NCBI RefSeq assembly: GCF_009914755.1
Contig: NC_060930.1
Origin: the human T2T-CHM13v2.0 reference genome, Homo sapiens
Length of the DNA: 64,000 bases
Reading direction: 5' to 3' (one strand)
Under the pieces are notes generated by a model, which searched no databases, was not told the DNA's origin, and saw only the letters and a program-made list of their open reading frames with translations. A program made the position numbers and the translations under genes. This document shows positions 51,455-64,000 of this stretch, in pieces (positions within the stretch are counted from its first letter, which is position 1; each line of letters starts with the position of its first letter).

Positions 51455-54044
51455 AATTTTTAGTTTCTTTAAGGGACTGGTAGTGAGAAGCAGGAGTTGA
51501 GACCCTCAGTTGTACATTTTTAATGCTCAAAAATAGAGGACACAGCAGGATGGATTTGGACTGTGGATGAATATTTAATAATAGACCATAAGGAGAAGTT
51601 AAAATTAAATAATTTGCACTGTATGAGTATCTGTTTTTCTATCTGAAGTCTCATTGAAAGATATTTGATGCATTTTGAGAGGTTCAGATAATCTGTGTAT
51701 TTAATGCTTTCGATTTTCAGAAATCTGAGGGTTAAGCTAACATTTTTGACATGGTGCAAATTAACTGAATTTTAAGTAGGACTGTGAGAGTTGATGGCAG
51801 TGATGAGACAGATAATACAAAACAATTTTAGTCACTGATAAGATGAATTTGCTGCACTGTTATCTATAGCATTAAAACATAGACATTCCAATCATTTTCC
51901 CATTTAACATTTCTGCTTTAATTAAGGCAGTTTTGGTCGTGCACTATTTGAAGTGAAATAAGTAGACGTTTCCTGTGCCCTGGGCTGTCTAGATTGAATG
52001 TGAAGATAGGACTGCCTCAGGGCCCCGTATTGGAAATTCAGCCTGAAATTTGATTTACTCAGCCTCTCCATAGGTCCTTCATTCACTTGGCTGATTTTGA
52101 AATCACCAACTCAGCCTTGATTTTCATACTTCCATAAAAAGTTTTACCTTTTTCAAGAAAATCTAGAAAATAATCACATTTTATTTTTATCAGGCATAAA
52201 TTCTAATTTAAATAATTATGAGAAAATGAATTCTTAGCCCTAGATTTTAGTTTTACTACAAATATATCAACATACATGTTTGTACACTTAATTATGAAGG
52301 CGGCTCAGGTTATGTAAAATCAGTATATTGTTTGGGCAAACAAATGTACTGTCGTTTAATTTCTATCATGTTAAGTCCAAACAATGTCTTGGCTGGTGAA
52401 AGTAGTAACAGTTTAAAATTGTATCACATGGTGAATTTTGAGCAGAAAAGTTGCTTGTAGGCTGTGGGGCCTGGGGCAAAGCACCCTCTTTCCTCCTGTG
52501 TCCTCCACAGAGCTTCATTCAGGTGAGATGGGTTCCTCCTGGCACAGTCCTGTGGATCCCTTGGGACTGAGCTCAGGTATTTCCTATAGGAAGCCTTTGT
52601 TAAAGCCCATGGCAGACCCAGTGAGACACCCTCTTCTCACCTTGCCTTGGTGCTTTGTCCCTTCAGGACATCTGCTGTGTTGCACTGTGACCTGTTTAGT
52701 CTGTCTCCTTCAGTGAATCTCCAGGACATGGAGGCTCGTTCATCCTTCTGCTTCCAGTGTTGGGCACAACGCACATAGTAGGTGCTTAGTAAATGTGTGG
52801 TGAATGGATTCACCAAATCTTTAAAGTGAACACCAGAGTATTGAGGAAGGCAGAGAAGGGGAAGGACCCGTGCAGCCTTGGAGTGGGAGTGCCAGTGGAA
52901 GAGAGGACTGGCAGTTCTCGGGGTCTGTGCTCCTGCCTTCCATCTTCACCTCCCCTCCGTCCCTCCTCTTCCAGCCTCAGCCCTCACCTCTGCAGCGAGA
53001 CTGTCCTTGCCGAGCACAGCAGTGGCCTCCTTGTCAAGTATAGCAGAAGCCTTTACCCTTCACCTGACTGCATTCCTGGGCTGCATTTGGCACACCTGTT
53101 TCGTTGCTACACCTGACTCCCTTCCCTCCTGTAAGAGCACACTCTCCAGAGTGTCTACATTTTCTGGCCATTCTTCCAGCTTGTCTGTGGGTTCATTTTC
53201 CCTTTTCCCTTAAGCGGTGATATTCTCTAGGATTCTGTTCGCTACCCATTGTTTTCCTTTCATATATTCCTCCTAAATAAAGTTCATGGGTTTTATTGCT
53301 TCCTATTGATTAATTCATCAATTAATGTGCTGGGTACACTGTTCAACTTATGCCCTGGAGATATAATAGTGAATAAAATAGAGAAAATCCCTGCCCTCTG
53401 GGAGTGGATGTCCTCTCTGCTGACTTCTCTACCTATTTTTCCAGGTCAGGCCTTACTCCCCAAGCTGCAGCTCATTATGTCTCTTCCTTCTGGGCATTTT
53501 CACCTGGATTTCATATCAGAGCCTCAAGTTTCCTATGTAAACCACTGAAGGCTCCCACTCCTGGGGATATGGTGATTGGCTTCTCCCTCTGCACACTCCA
53601 TCTCATTTGGCTGCTGGCTTCCATCACTCATTTGGTCTCCAAATCCTGCCGCATTTCCCTTCTAACTGTGCCTTGGAGCTGGGCTTGCTTCCTCCCACCA
53701 CTGCTGCCAGTTCAGGACCTCAGCCTCACCTGCCTGCCAGGGCAACCTGACCTGCTTCCAGCTGGGTCAGGTGCCCAAGGGAGCAGTCCTGTGTTCATCT
53801 GTCAGAGGCAGCCTGAGCCTGTAGAATGCCCTGCAGGGCTCACCCATGTTCTGGCTTCTGCCTGCTTCAGCATCTTCGTAAATTCGTGCTTCACGTGGAT
53901 CCAGATGGTTTTTATTTCCTGATACACACCAGGCAGTTCATCTCCCTTGACCCAGTGCCTTGTGCTGTTTCTTCTGCCCTGTGGTACTGTACATGCTGTT
54001 CCCTCCCACCTTGGACGTGTTATTCCCCTTTATCCTGGTAATTC

Positions 54045-54573
54045 TTTTTTTTTTTTTTTTTTTTTTTTTTTTGAGATGGAGTCTAGCTCTGTCTCTCAGG
54101 CTGGAGTGGCACAATCTTGGCTCACTGCAGCCTCCGCCTCCTGGGTTCAAGCGATTCTCCTGCCTCAGCCTCCGGAGTAGCTGGGATTATAGGCGTGCAC
54201 TACCATGCCCAGCTGATTTTTGTATTTTTAGTAGAGACGGGGTTTCACCATGTTGGTCAGGCTGGTCTCAAATTCCTGACCTCAACTGATCTGCCCGTCT
54301 TGGCCTCCCAAAGTGCTGGGATTACAGGCATGAGTCACCATGCCCGGCCTCTTTTTTTTTTTTTTTTTTCAAGAGACAGGGTCCCACTGTGTTACCCAGA
54401 CTGGAGTGGAGTGGTGTGATCATAGCTCACTGCAGCCTCGAACTCCTGGGGTCAAGTGATCTTCTTGCCTTAGCCTGAACAGCTCGGACTATAGGTGCCT
54501 GCCACCACGCCTGGCTAAGTTTTTAATTTGTTGTAGAGACAGGGTCTTGTGATGTTGCCAGGATGGTCTTGAA
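54045..54573 (-). mobile_element. Two tandem antisense Alus (AluS-like 54045-54348; truncated AluJ-like 54352-54573)
   Basis: Two poly-T tails, each followed by an Alu body. Confidence 0.92.
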
Positions 54574-55516
54574 TTTACCCTGCTAATTCTTAAGCCTTCC
54601 TGAAAGTCCCCATGTACTTACCTCAGTGTGAACGCAGCATCTGGCACACAGTTGGGATCAGTATGTGGTTTTGGAAGGACAGAGGAGGGAAGGAAGGAGC
54701 TGCTGGGTGAATGCTGCCTGCTACTGTAGCACCGGGTGAGGGCCTTTCTACCTATTGCTTTGTTCCTTTGACGTCCCAGGACATGAAGGGCTGAGGCTCC
54801 ACGCCTAGCCCTCCTGTATGACCTCGGCCCTGAAGCCCAGGGCCTGACTCACCAAACCAAAAATAAAATTCAACATCTACTTGTGAACTGGTTGTGTTTG
54901 GTAAGATGCTGACTTACATGGGGAGAGGTGCTGTGACTCATAGTCTGAGTGCTCATCCCTACACACTGCTGGTCTCTGAACAAAATCTTTACCCTGGACA
55001 TATGCATGATCTAAAATCTATCTTTTCACTTTTTAATGAACACTCGGTTGCACTAAGGTTTGATCAAGACTTGCAGACTCAGTTCTAAAATAAAATCATT
55101 GTTCTAAGAATACTTTGAAGGCAGAAAATGTTAATCACTCAATACCCTCTGCTCTTATTACTAGTAAGCTAAAAGGAGGTGGGTGAGCTTAACTATCATG
55201 CTCTTTTCCTGTACGCATAATAGAATTTTAGATGCAAATGTTTTCTCTCTGCTTATGGTCCAAAATCGTTTTTAGTTTTGTTTAGTCTAGAGCTCTCTTA
55301 ATTGTTAAAAACTCCTAAAAGTAAAAAATAAAATTTCTTGTATCCATCTAGGTTTTTTCTTTAATGTCTTGCTGGATGTTTTGTCGGGTCATTGTTTTTA
55401 ATATTTTTAAAACTTAAGGATAGTTGTGTTATTAATGCATATGTTGACATAACACAAATTTGTGCCTTTGTAATAAAGAATGAATTAATAAACCGACTTC
55501 TTTTATGTCTTCACAG

Positions 55517-55711
55517 GGCAGCCCAATGGATCCAATGGTGATGAAGAGACCTCAGTTGTATGGCATGGGCAGTAACCCTCATTCTCAGCCTCAGCAGAGC
55601 AGTCCGTACCCAGGAGGTTCCTATGGCCCTCCAGGCCCACAGCGGTATCCAATTGGCATCCAGGGTCGGACTCCCGGGGCCATGGCCGGAATGCAGTACC
55701 CTCAGCAGCAG
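55517..55711 (+). CDS. ARID1B: ARID1B coding exon 2 (65 codons)
   Basis: Acceptor ttcttttatgtcttcacAG|GGC, donor CAG|GTTTGT; 195 nt, phase 0/0. Encodes [65 protein letters not shown], continuing exon 1 in frame. Confidence 0.96.
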
Positions 55712-56935
55712 GTTTGTGCTGGTCCCCCGACCCGCTGCTTTTTTGTAATAGTTTTGTCTTTGCCTTTTGCTGTCCACCTAAGATTGATGTTAAAGAGAAT
55801 TAGGGGGCATTGCACGGATTTTCTGCTTTAATTTTTATTGTTTCTTTAATCACAGGTATAATTTTTTTTTTCTTTTAAAGATGGAAAGGTGAGCTTCTTA
55901 AAGTGGACAGAATACCTGTTTGGTAGAAGGGCAGCAGGACCAGCTGTATTTGATAGGTGCACTGTGTCATAAATTTGCAGCAGGTTATAACAGATGTAAG
56001 CTCTGAAGTGAACTTGGCATTCCAACATTTTTGTCAGACTGTGTCAGATTTTGAGCTGTGAATAGACCATCTTAAGGTGAATTTTCAAGTCATTTAAAGG
56101 TCTTTTCCATGAGGATGGCATCAAGTTTTTAAAATTGAAAAAAAAAAAGTTTAGTCTCCCAAAGTTATTTTGCTTTCATTTCTTAAATTATTTCTTCTGT
56201 ACCTTTTGAAAAAGGTTTCTGTATTTCATATAAGAGGATTTGATGTGCATCTGTTTTGTTAGGTCTTGATGGGTTTTGTGTTTTTACTTAAAAAAGACTT
56301 TTCCTGTTCTTAAGAGACCCAACATTTTCCTTTTTTTTCTCTGGAATCAAATGGAGTCACCTTAGATGACCATTTACCCTCTAGCAGTGGTAAACCTAGT
56401 CTTTTGGATACTTGAAAGAATACCCCTTTATGCTGGCTGGAGGGAGGATGAAATTTGGAAAAGACTAAATTAGATTCAAACTTGTTAGGGTATTTAGTTA
56501 CTAGGAGCACCAGAAAGGCTTATTTATAAATCGCCATACCGTACCTAAGCCGCCAGGGAGTGGGTCAGGCTGATGCTGCTGCACGTTTTACTGCCCCAGG
56601 CTGGGGCGTCCCATGGTGCGGCCGTCGGTAACCCACAACAGGGCTTGACAGTGCTGTCTCAGGAAATGCTTCCATCTGACCAGACATCTTTCGTTGAGGG
56701 GCAAAAATTAGATATGACTACTGTTCTCTCTGATGTGGATATGGAGAATGATTGATCATACTTTACATGATACATAGCTGTATATTAACAGTTCATCAGT
56801 AGGTTGCTTCTGAGCCTTCTCGTTTATACACTATTCGATCTGTATTGTGATTTATTATTTGTTTCATTATTATTGTTATTAATTTATTATTGAAGTTTAT
56901 TTTAATTATAATATTGTGTAAGTCTATGTTATAGT

Positions 56936-57067
56936 AGCATGGCATGGTGGCACCCTCCTGTATTTCCAGCTATTCGGGAGGCTGAAGTGGGAGGATCGCT
57001 TGAGCCCAGGAGTTTGAGTCCAGCCTAGGCAATGTATCGAGACCCTAAAAAAAAAAGAAATAAAATA
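56936..57067 (+). mobile_element. Alu monomer (FLAM-like)
   Basis: ggcatggtggc...gggaggctgaagtgggaggatcgcttgagcccaggagtttgag...A-tail. Confidence 0.85.
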
Positions 57068-60000
57068 AGTCTTTTATTTATAAAATAAGAAATAAAATGT
57101 TGTCTTTCCTCTTTATCTTTGCTCCCACTTGGATGATTTTGTTTATGTTAAGGCCATTATTGGGGAAGATAGAGGTAGCTCAGCCTTTGAATCCTAGTTG
57201 CAGATTGAACACCCTTTGCTGTTGTCAGAGACCTCACTTCTCAATTATTGAAGGTTACCCACTCCGAATTCTAGCAGTCAGTTGCATACTTAATTGTACT
57301 TTTAATTTTTTCCACATTATTCCTTTTTTTCCAGCAATATTTTGCTGCCTAGAGTAGAAATCTTTAGTTGTGGCTGCTAATTGTGAGAAGGAAATAATTT
57401 GTAAATGATGAAAAGTAAGGTGGAAGAGTTGCGATTTTCTCTCCTTCATTTTAGTTTTAGAGCAGCTTCACCATTAGTTGAGAGGAAGACAGCCCAGGCA
57501 GCTGGCTGCTCAAGTCCCCATCGCACTCTGTTGCTGATTTTATGTGGGAGCTAATAGTTGTGGATGGTGCTTTGGCCACAGGAAGAGAGCAGAGGTGGGA
57601 AGGTAGTAAGAAGTAGTGGGACCGGCAGAGAGAAGTGGATGCTCGCTGCTCTTGGGCTCCCCACTTTGCTTTTCAGCATGTTTCCCTGATGTGAGATTAA
57701 AAAGTCAGTTTCAAAAGATGCTGTTCACGGCAAGCAGCCGGATCTCCCTGGTCTCTGAAGGAGTTAAGTCTCACTAGAAGTTCTAGATGTTGGCTTAGTT
57801 TCCAGTCCCAAAGTGGGAGTCAAACAAATGGAGAGGGTGTGTGAAGAATGATTACCTAGGAAATGTTTTTAATTATTTTCTTTTCTAAATGTGTAAAGCT
57901 AAAAGTAGAGGACATACACAGATATATAGAGTAATCTCAATTTTCTTAGCTTCTTCCATTTATTTAATCCCTGTGACTCTTATACACTTTTTAAATCCAA
58001 TGACTCTTAGATTTATTTGAAGGGACAAATTGATGTAGGTTGCCCATCAAGTATTTCAGCAAATTTTTAATTAAGATTTTAGATTGGATATTTTACTGCT
58101 AACCAAAAGAAATACCCAATTCTAATTAAGCACAGATCTTTCTGATAATGAAAGGAAAATAGTATATCTGGTAAGAAATTGAATATCCTGGCTGCAGAAG
58201 TGTGGAAACTTTCATAATGAGTTAATCAAAGTCATGGGTCTAAATAATCTGTATTGCCTTTTTACCTTTTCATTTAGTTAAATACAGCTTTGAAATATAG
58301 TATCTTGTTTTAAAATTTAAAAGGCTAAAAATAACAGAATGCACTTTTGAATGTGTATAACATTTTAAAGAAGACATACAGCTTTTATAATACCAAGGTC
58401 ATGTGAACAGTTCTTAATTTTTGAAATGGAAAAAAATAGTGAAGATTTAGAGCAAAGGTTATTAGAGCATATACATTCATTTTGTTAGCTTGAGTCTGTG
58501 TTCTTTGGGGAGGAATTTTCAGTGAATTGCTTTGTTTCTGCATTTTGGATAATTATAAATTTGTTCACAAACAGGGTCCTGGCACTGTGATTGGCTGCTG
58601 GTCCCATCCATCTTCCCCTAGGATTAATGTAATTGGCTAAGCATTGTTGTAGTTGTGGCTAATAATGTTCTTCAGGGAAAAAGTTGAAAGATAATTATGA
58701 CATTGAGTATTTATTGAGTGGACATCACCACCTAGGCATGACTTTGCTTTGGATGGCTTCCAGAACGTTCTGTGTTTGGTTTGTGAACCTCTAATGAGCT
58801 GAATCCAGTTCATTTAATATTGCTCGTATATTTCTGCACAGGATTAAAATGCAGGAATTCAAGTTTGTAAATTGAGTTGCCCACTTACCAGCTGAGTGGT
58901 AAGTTGTCTTTGGCTCAGGGGTCACAGTTTGATTCCTGGCTGGCGTTCTGCTCCTGTGATATGAATTTTAAATGAGTATTTTGTTAGAAAGAACTGCAGT
59001 GCTGATGTGAAATTTAACATGGAGAGGAGTATCACTGTTTATTTTTTGTCTCTGAGAGTCTGAAGGAACTGGCCACTGACTGTGTTTGATTTTAGTATTA
59101 CCCTGGTGATCTTTGATTTGTATGGTGATAATTTTGTTTTTGAGATATACTCGTGACTGGATCTTTGAAGCATGACGTGATAATAGTACATCATTTTAGT
59201 CTTTATTAACTGGAACTAGATTTGTGGTCTTTCACTTGCCAGTTCTCCCACATCATCAGGCAAATACATGGCTAAACAGATTAGTTTTGCACGGTGCCCT
59301 AAAAACTAGTCTACTTGGGTTTTTGTTGAGTTCAGGGGGGAAATGAATTTTCTATGCCTCTGTGGAGAATATTCTGCCTCCAGGCTTCTGGAATTCAGAC
59401 CTGGGGTTGGTTAACAGAAGTACATTGGTTGATTTCATCTATTAGACAGCTACACAGAAGAGGCATAATTTTTAAGGTTACTAGAATCTGACTCTGAGTT
59501 TTTCAGATTAAAAAAAAAACAAACCTTAAAGACACCAAGATATTCTTTGCTGGATCAGGAATGCAGGTTTTGTTTCATTTTTCTTATCCTTCGTGATCAT
59601 AAATGTACACCTAGGCCTTTACCAACTTGTTTTAAATAAGATTTTAATATAAAACGGCACCCAGGAGAAATAGCTTACAGAAGCTGAGTTATTTATTTGT
59701 GTCAAGCAGATTTCAATTATGTAGACTGAGATTTTTCCTGAGTTTTTTTTTGTAATTGGGTTGATATTTTAACTATTCTTGCAGGTGTTTGATAATATGA
59801 TGCCTGTTGGAATTATAAAACAGGGCAAAAGGAAAAAAAGCAAAATGAGAGATTGAAGTTCATGAGTGCTTTTATGATGGGAAAACATGACTTTTTTAGT
59901 TTTTAAAGGCATACATGTATTGCGAAGAACTTTATAGCAGGAACATAGAATATGATCATTGTTTTGAAATAGAAAATGGCAAAATTAAATATAAACTAAT

Positions 60001-61242
60001 TATTTTTGTTAAGGTGATTCATCTGAACTTATTACTTCATATTGAAGTAAAAACAATTCAAAACAGGTTTCCTTGAAGAGGGCTTGAAAAAGATTTGTAT
60101 TCTAATTTTGCTGCATGTTTTTTGAGTAAAATATTTATTTCAGAACATAAACATTTTATTTGGTACCCTCTTAACAGCCAAAACACTTCTTCCAATGCAA
60201 ATGTTTATTTTGGCAGCAGATGTTTCTAAAAAGGAGACAAACATTACAATTGTTTGGCTAAAATAAATGTTTCCTTTGGGGTTATTAAGGCAGCCAGGCA
60301 ATTTCTAGGGTTTCCACCTGTGTTAATTTATATTGTTGATCTATTCTGGAAAAAAATGTGTTTCTTTTAAATGTAATTAAAGCCACGTTTTGATATAGTT
60401 TGCATGAGAGCTCTGAAAAGTAAGGATGAATGGGGAGAGGAAGACTGGTTTAAGACTTAAAAATTCCAGAGTTTTTCATCATGAAATGTTTATTATGATT
60501 CAATCTTTGAATCCTAAATATGAATCCAATAGTCAGGGCTTAATTTTTGTTTTATTTAAAAAAGAGCCTAGACTTCCTATGTTTGCGACTGTGATGGTGT
60601 GTCCAGGATGAGAAAGGATAGATAACTTGACTAAGTATAATGGAGAGGAATGGGTGCCTGGTGCCTGTTTTACATTCAGACTCTTAATTTTTTGAGTCTC
60701 TATATTTACTTAAAGATGCCCATTCATATCTGTGTGCACATGTACGCTCCCACATGTGTGTAAAAAACAGAACATTCATGTGACAATGGCATTCTTGTGT
60801 AATGAAACGTGTATATGTATATTAATTTATATGTTAAACATATTTGTAGATATACATATATAAACACACAAATGAAATGAAGGTGAACATTTTGGCCAGT
60901 AAAATAATGAAATGCTATGAAATTTCACTATGTTGTTTACAGCATTTTCATACATTCGTGTTCTGTACTGAGACTTGGAGCCGAGCTGATTTGCTTGTAC
61001 ACCTGAAATGTTTGGAGGCCCTTCAGCAGATTGCAGATTTTTATAAATAATGGCCTTTCGTTGGCCACATTTTGTCATGGTTTCCTCAGTTGTTCTTCAG
61101 CAGTGAACATGAAGGTATTTAAGGTTTACCAGCAAAATACATTTATACCTCACATTTCTGCTTCCAAGTAGATAGCAGATGCTACTGGCTGTGATGCCAA
61201 AGCTCCCTGTAGATGGAGTTTTGTACTAAGAAAATATTTTTG

Positions 61243-61622
<380 letters not shown>

Positions 61623-62030
61623 TTAAACATATTTGAATTGTGACATTCTTGGAATGATATGTTAGAAGAGATCATATTTTAAGTTAAATAAAGATTTTTA
61701 AATCTTTAGCCTTTTTCCGAAGAGTGAGAGAAGATCAGATTTTACCTGAAAGTTTAATGAGAAAATGTGAGATGATTTCATTTTAATATGGAAAGCTGCT
61801 TTTATATTAGGATGTTTATATTGATACATTTATTTTTTATCTGTACATTTACATTATTCTCGATTTTCTAAGCTTATATACAGTATATAGCGCCTAGTAC
61901 TCTGCTGGTAGTTTATACTGTTTTGTCATGTACACATGAGTTCCACTATGTATTTTACATATAGACTTTCAACCTAAAATATCTGTAAGGTTTTCTATTT
62001 TACTTTTGAGATGTAAATCTTAAATGTATG

Positions 62031-62254
62031 TTTTATTTTTATTTTTTAGAGACAAGGTCTTGCTCTGTTGCCCGGGCTGGAGTGCAGTGGCATGAACATG
62101 GCTCACTGCGGCCTTGACCTCCTGGGCTCAAACAATCCTCCCACCTCAGCCTCCCAAGCAGTTGGGACTACAGACATGTGCCACCATGCCCAGCTAATTT
62201 TTAAATTTTTTTGTAGAGACGAGGTCTCACCATGTTGCCCAGGTTGGTCTCGAA
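62031..62254 (-). mobile_element. Truncated Alu (AluJ-like)
   Basis: Antisense; right arm plus part of the left arm. Confidence 0.87.
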
Positions 62255-62504
62255 CAAGTGTGTGTTTTAGGTAGCACTGAATGAGTATATTTTAAATAAG
62301 TGTGATTTATTTGCTTTCACCAAAGAAACATTAAGCATGGTATTTATGTTAAAACGTTAATAATTCAAATAAAGGTAACAGTCGACGTCAGTAAAATGAA
62401 CCAACCATATCCCTTCAGCGCTCCTTGGAAAACAAACACTGAACAACAACGGAAATCCCACAAGATAAATGGAAAGTTAAAGCGATTAAGTGACGTATCT
62501 TAGA

Positions 62505-62590
62505 CAAGTGGTTCTCAAACTTTGCTGAATGTTAGAGTCTCCCGGGGCATTAAGAAAATCCCCCCACGGATGCCCAAGGATGCCCATATC
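62505..62590. mobile_element. MER5-like fragment
   Basis: caagtggttctcaaacttt...gttagagtctcccgggg. Confidence 0.55.
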
Positions 62591-62956
62591 AATGACACCT
62601 GACTGTGAAGGCCCTAATCTCCCGTGACTGCCCTGTGAGTCAGGGTATTAGAGGGAGGCTACGTGGGCAAGCGGGGGCAGCTCACACCTTCTGGAGACTT
62701 GGTAGTGATGCTGGTTCTTGGCCCACTCGGTGAATCAGAAACTCACCACTGACCCAAAGGAATGAAATGGGCCCAGAACCAGGAGCTGGGATGGTTGAGT
62801 CCTTGCCTGTTAAAGTCTAATCTGTGTGTGATACTGGGAAAATCTGGATCTCACTGTGCTCCTCTGCCAGATGAGGGGGTTGGACTATAAGACCTCTCAG
62901 CTTGGATTTCCCCTTTAAAGTAATATTAAGTGAATGTCTTTTCATTTCAGTATTAG

Positions 62957-63254
62957 ATTTTTGTTTGTTTGTTTGACATGGGGTCCTGCTGTGTCACCCA
63001 GGATGGAGTGCAGTGGCACGATCACGGCTCACTGCAGCCTTGACCTCCTGGGCTCAGGTGATTCTCTCACCTCAGCCTCCTGAGTAGCTGGGACTACAGG
63101 TACATGCCACCACACCCAGCTAATTTTTAATATTTTTGTAGAGACAGGGTTTTGCCATGTAGCCCAGGCTGGTTTTGAACTTCAGGACTCAAGCGATCCA
63201 CTTGCCTTGGCCTCCAAAGTGCTAGGATTACAGGCATGAGCCACCATACCCAGC
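62957..63254 (-). mobile_element. Alu (AluJ-like)
   Basis: Full antisense dimer; tcag(t/c)attagatttt on both flanks. Confidence 0.9.
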
Positions 63255-64000
63255 CTCAGCATTAGATTTTAAAGTCTTGTTATTTCAGCAGTCTTGTGAA
63301 ATGTATGGGTTGATGCTTGACAAATTGTATTAAGATAACTACTGACCCACATTCTTTTTAAAAGAGAAAGAGGTGTTTCTTTCTTCTTCAAAGATTAGCA
63401 AATTGTTGGTATCAGTCTAATAAATTATTTTCTAATTCTTAATTTTATTGTTTTTTAAATGAATGTATTCTCATGTAAGTCTTTGTTCTGCAAGAACCTG
63501 GTATGTGTTAGATGTGTAGAGTGCAGTCTGTCCTTTTTGATAAGTAGAAAATCTTAAGGTTGACATTCTTGGAATCACAAAAGGAAGCAAAGAGAGATCT
63601 AGCAATTACTCATTTTTAAGACATTGCTACTTTCTAAGTAGTTCTGAAAACAAGTATATATTGAACAACATTGGGACAGATTATATAAAGTGAAGTCCGG
63701 ATGGAAACACGTTTCAAGATTTATGTTCTGTGCATTACCTTAACTCTTTAACTCTCATGAGGTAGGCTAGATGGCTTTGTTTTTGTATTTTAAAAAGGTT
63801 TTTTTTCTAAAGGTAAAAAGTTTTTCTTTTATGTTAATAGCCAGCCAATAGTTAAATTCTTAATGGCAAAAAATTCTTTATGGCAGTTTGATTATTTTTA
63901 CATGTAATAAATTTATTAAAGCTATTTGCCCTTATTATAATTTTGAAAAGGAACTTTAAAAGTTAAATCTGTAGTTGTGAATGAAATTAAGAAAACTCTT

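Noticed and set aside
52793-53922. ORFs of 99-172 aa upstream of exon 2
   Set aside because: Pyrimidine-rich decayed L2-like sequence; S/L/P-rich translations without family features.

Overview
Human (or very close great-ape) genomic DNA covering the 5' end of ARID1B (BAF250B, the DNA-binding subunit of canonical SWI/SNF-BAF; human 6q25.3), on the + strand. The window holds the CpG-island promoter and the large first coding exon (ATG 3932 to donor 5722; 597 codons of low-complexity poly-A/S/H/Q/G sequence). It also holds the 49.8-kb intron 1 (5723-55516), coding exon 2 (55517-55711; 65 codons) and the start of intron 2. A hairpin matching MIR4466 lies antisense just inside intron 1. The rest is ordinary intron with about 25 Alu copies, MaLR LTRs, hAT/MER DNA transposons and old MIR/L2/L1 pieces. 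Almost all other ORFs in the track are repeat-derived or GC-driven noise. The sequence alone does not demonstrate any new biological system. The best leads concern ARID1B dosage control: (1) a 45-aa uORF carrying a PP1-docking-like KRKVSF motif; (2) candidate poison exons in intron 1, one overlapping a MEIS/PBX/HOX motif cluster; (3) an Alu-bracketed, stop-free, 3n exon 2 that would be an endless ORF if circularised; (4) a 174-bp alternating purine/pyrimidine tract that visibly arose inside one copy of an Alu target-site duplication. All are hypotheses. Repeat boundaries and subfamilies were read by eye and are approximate.
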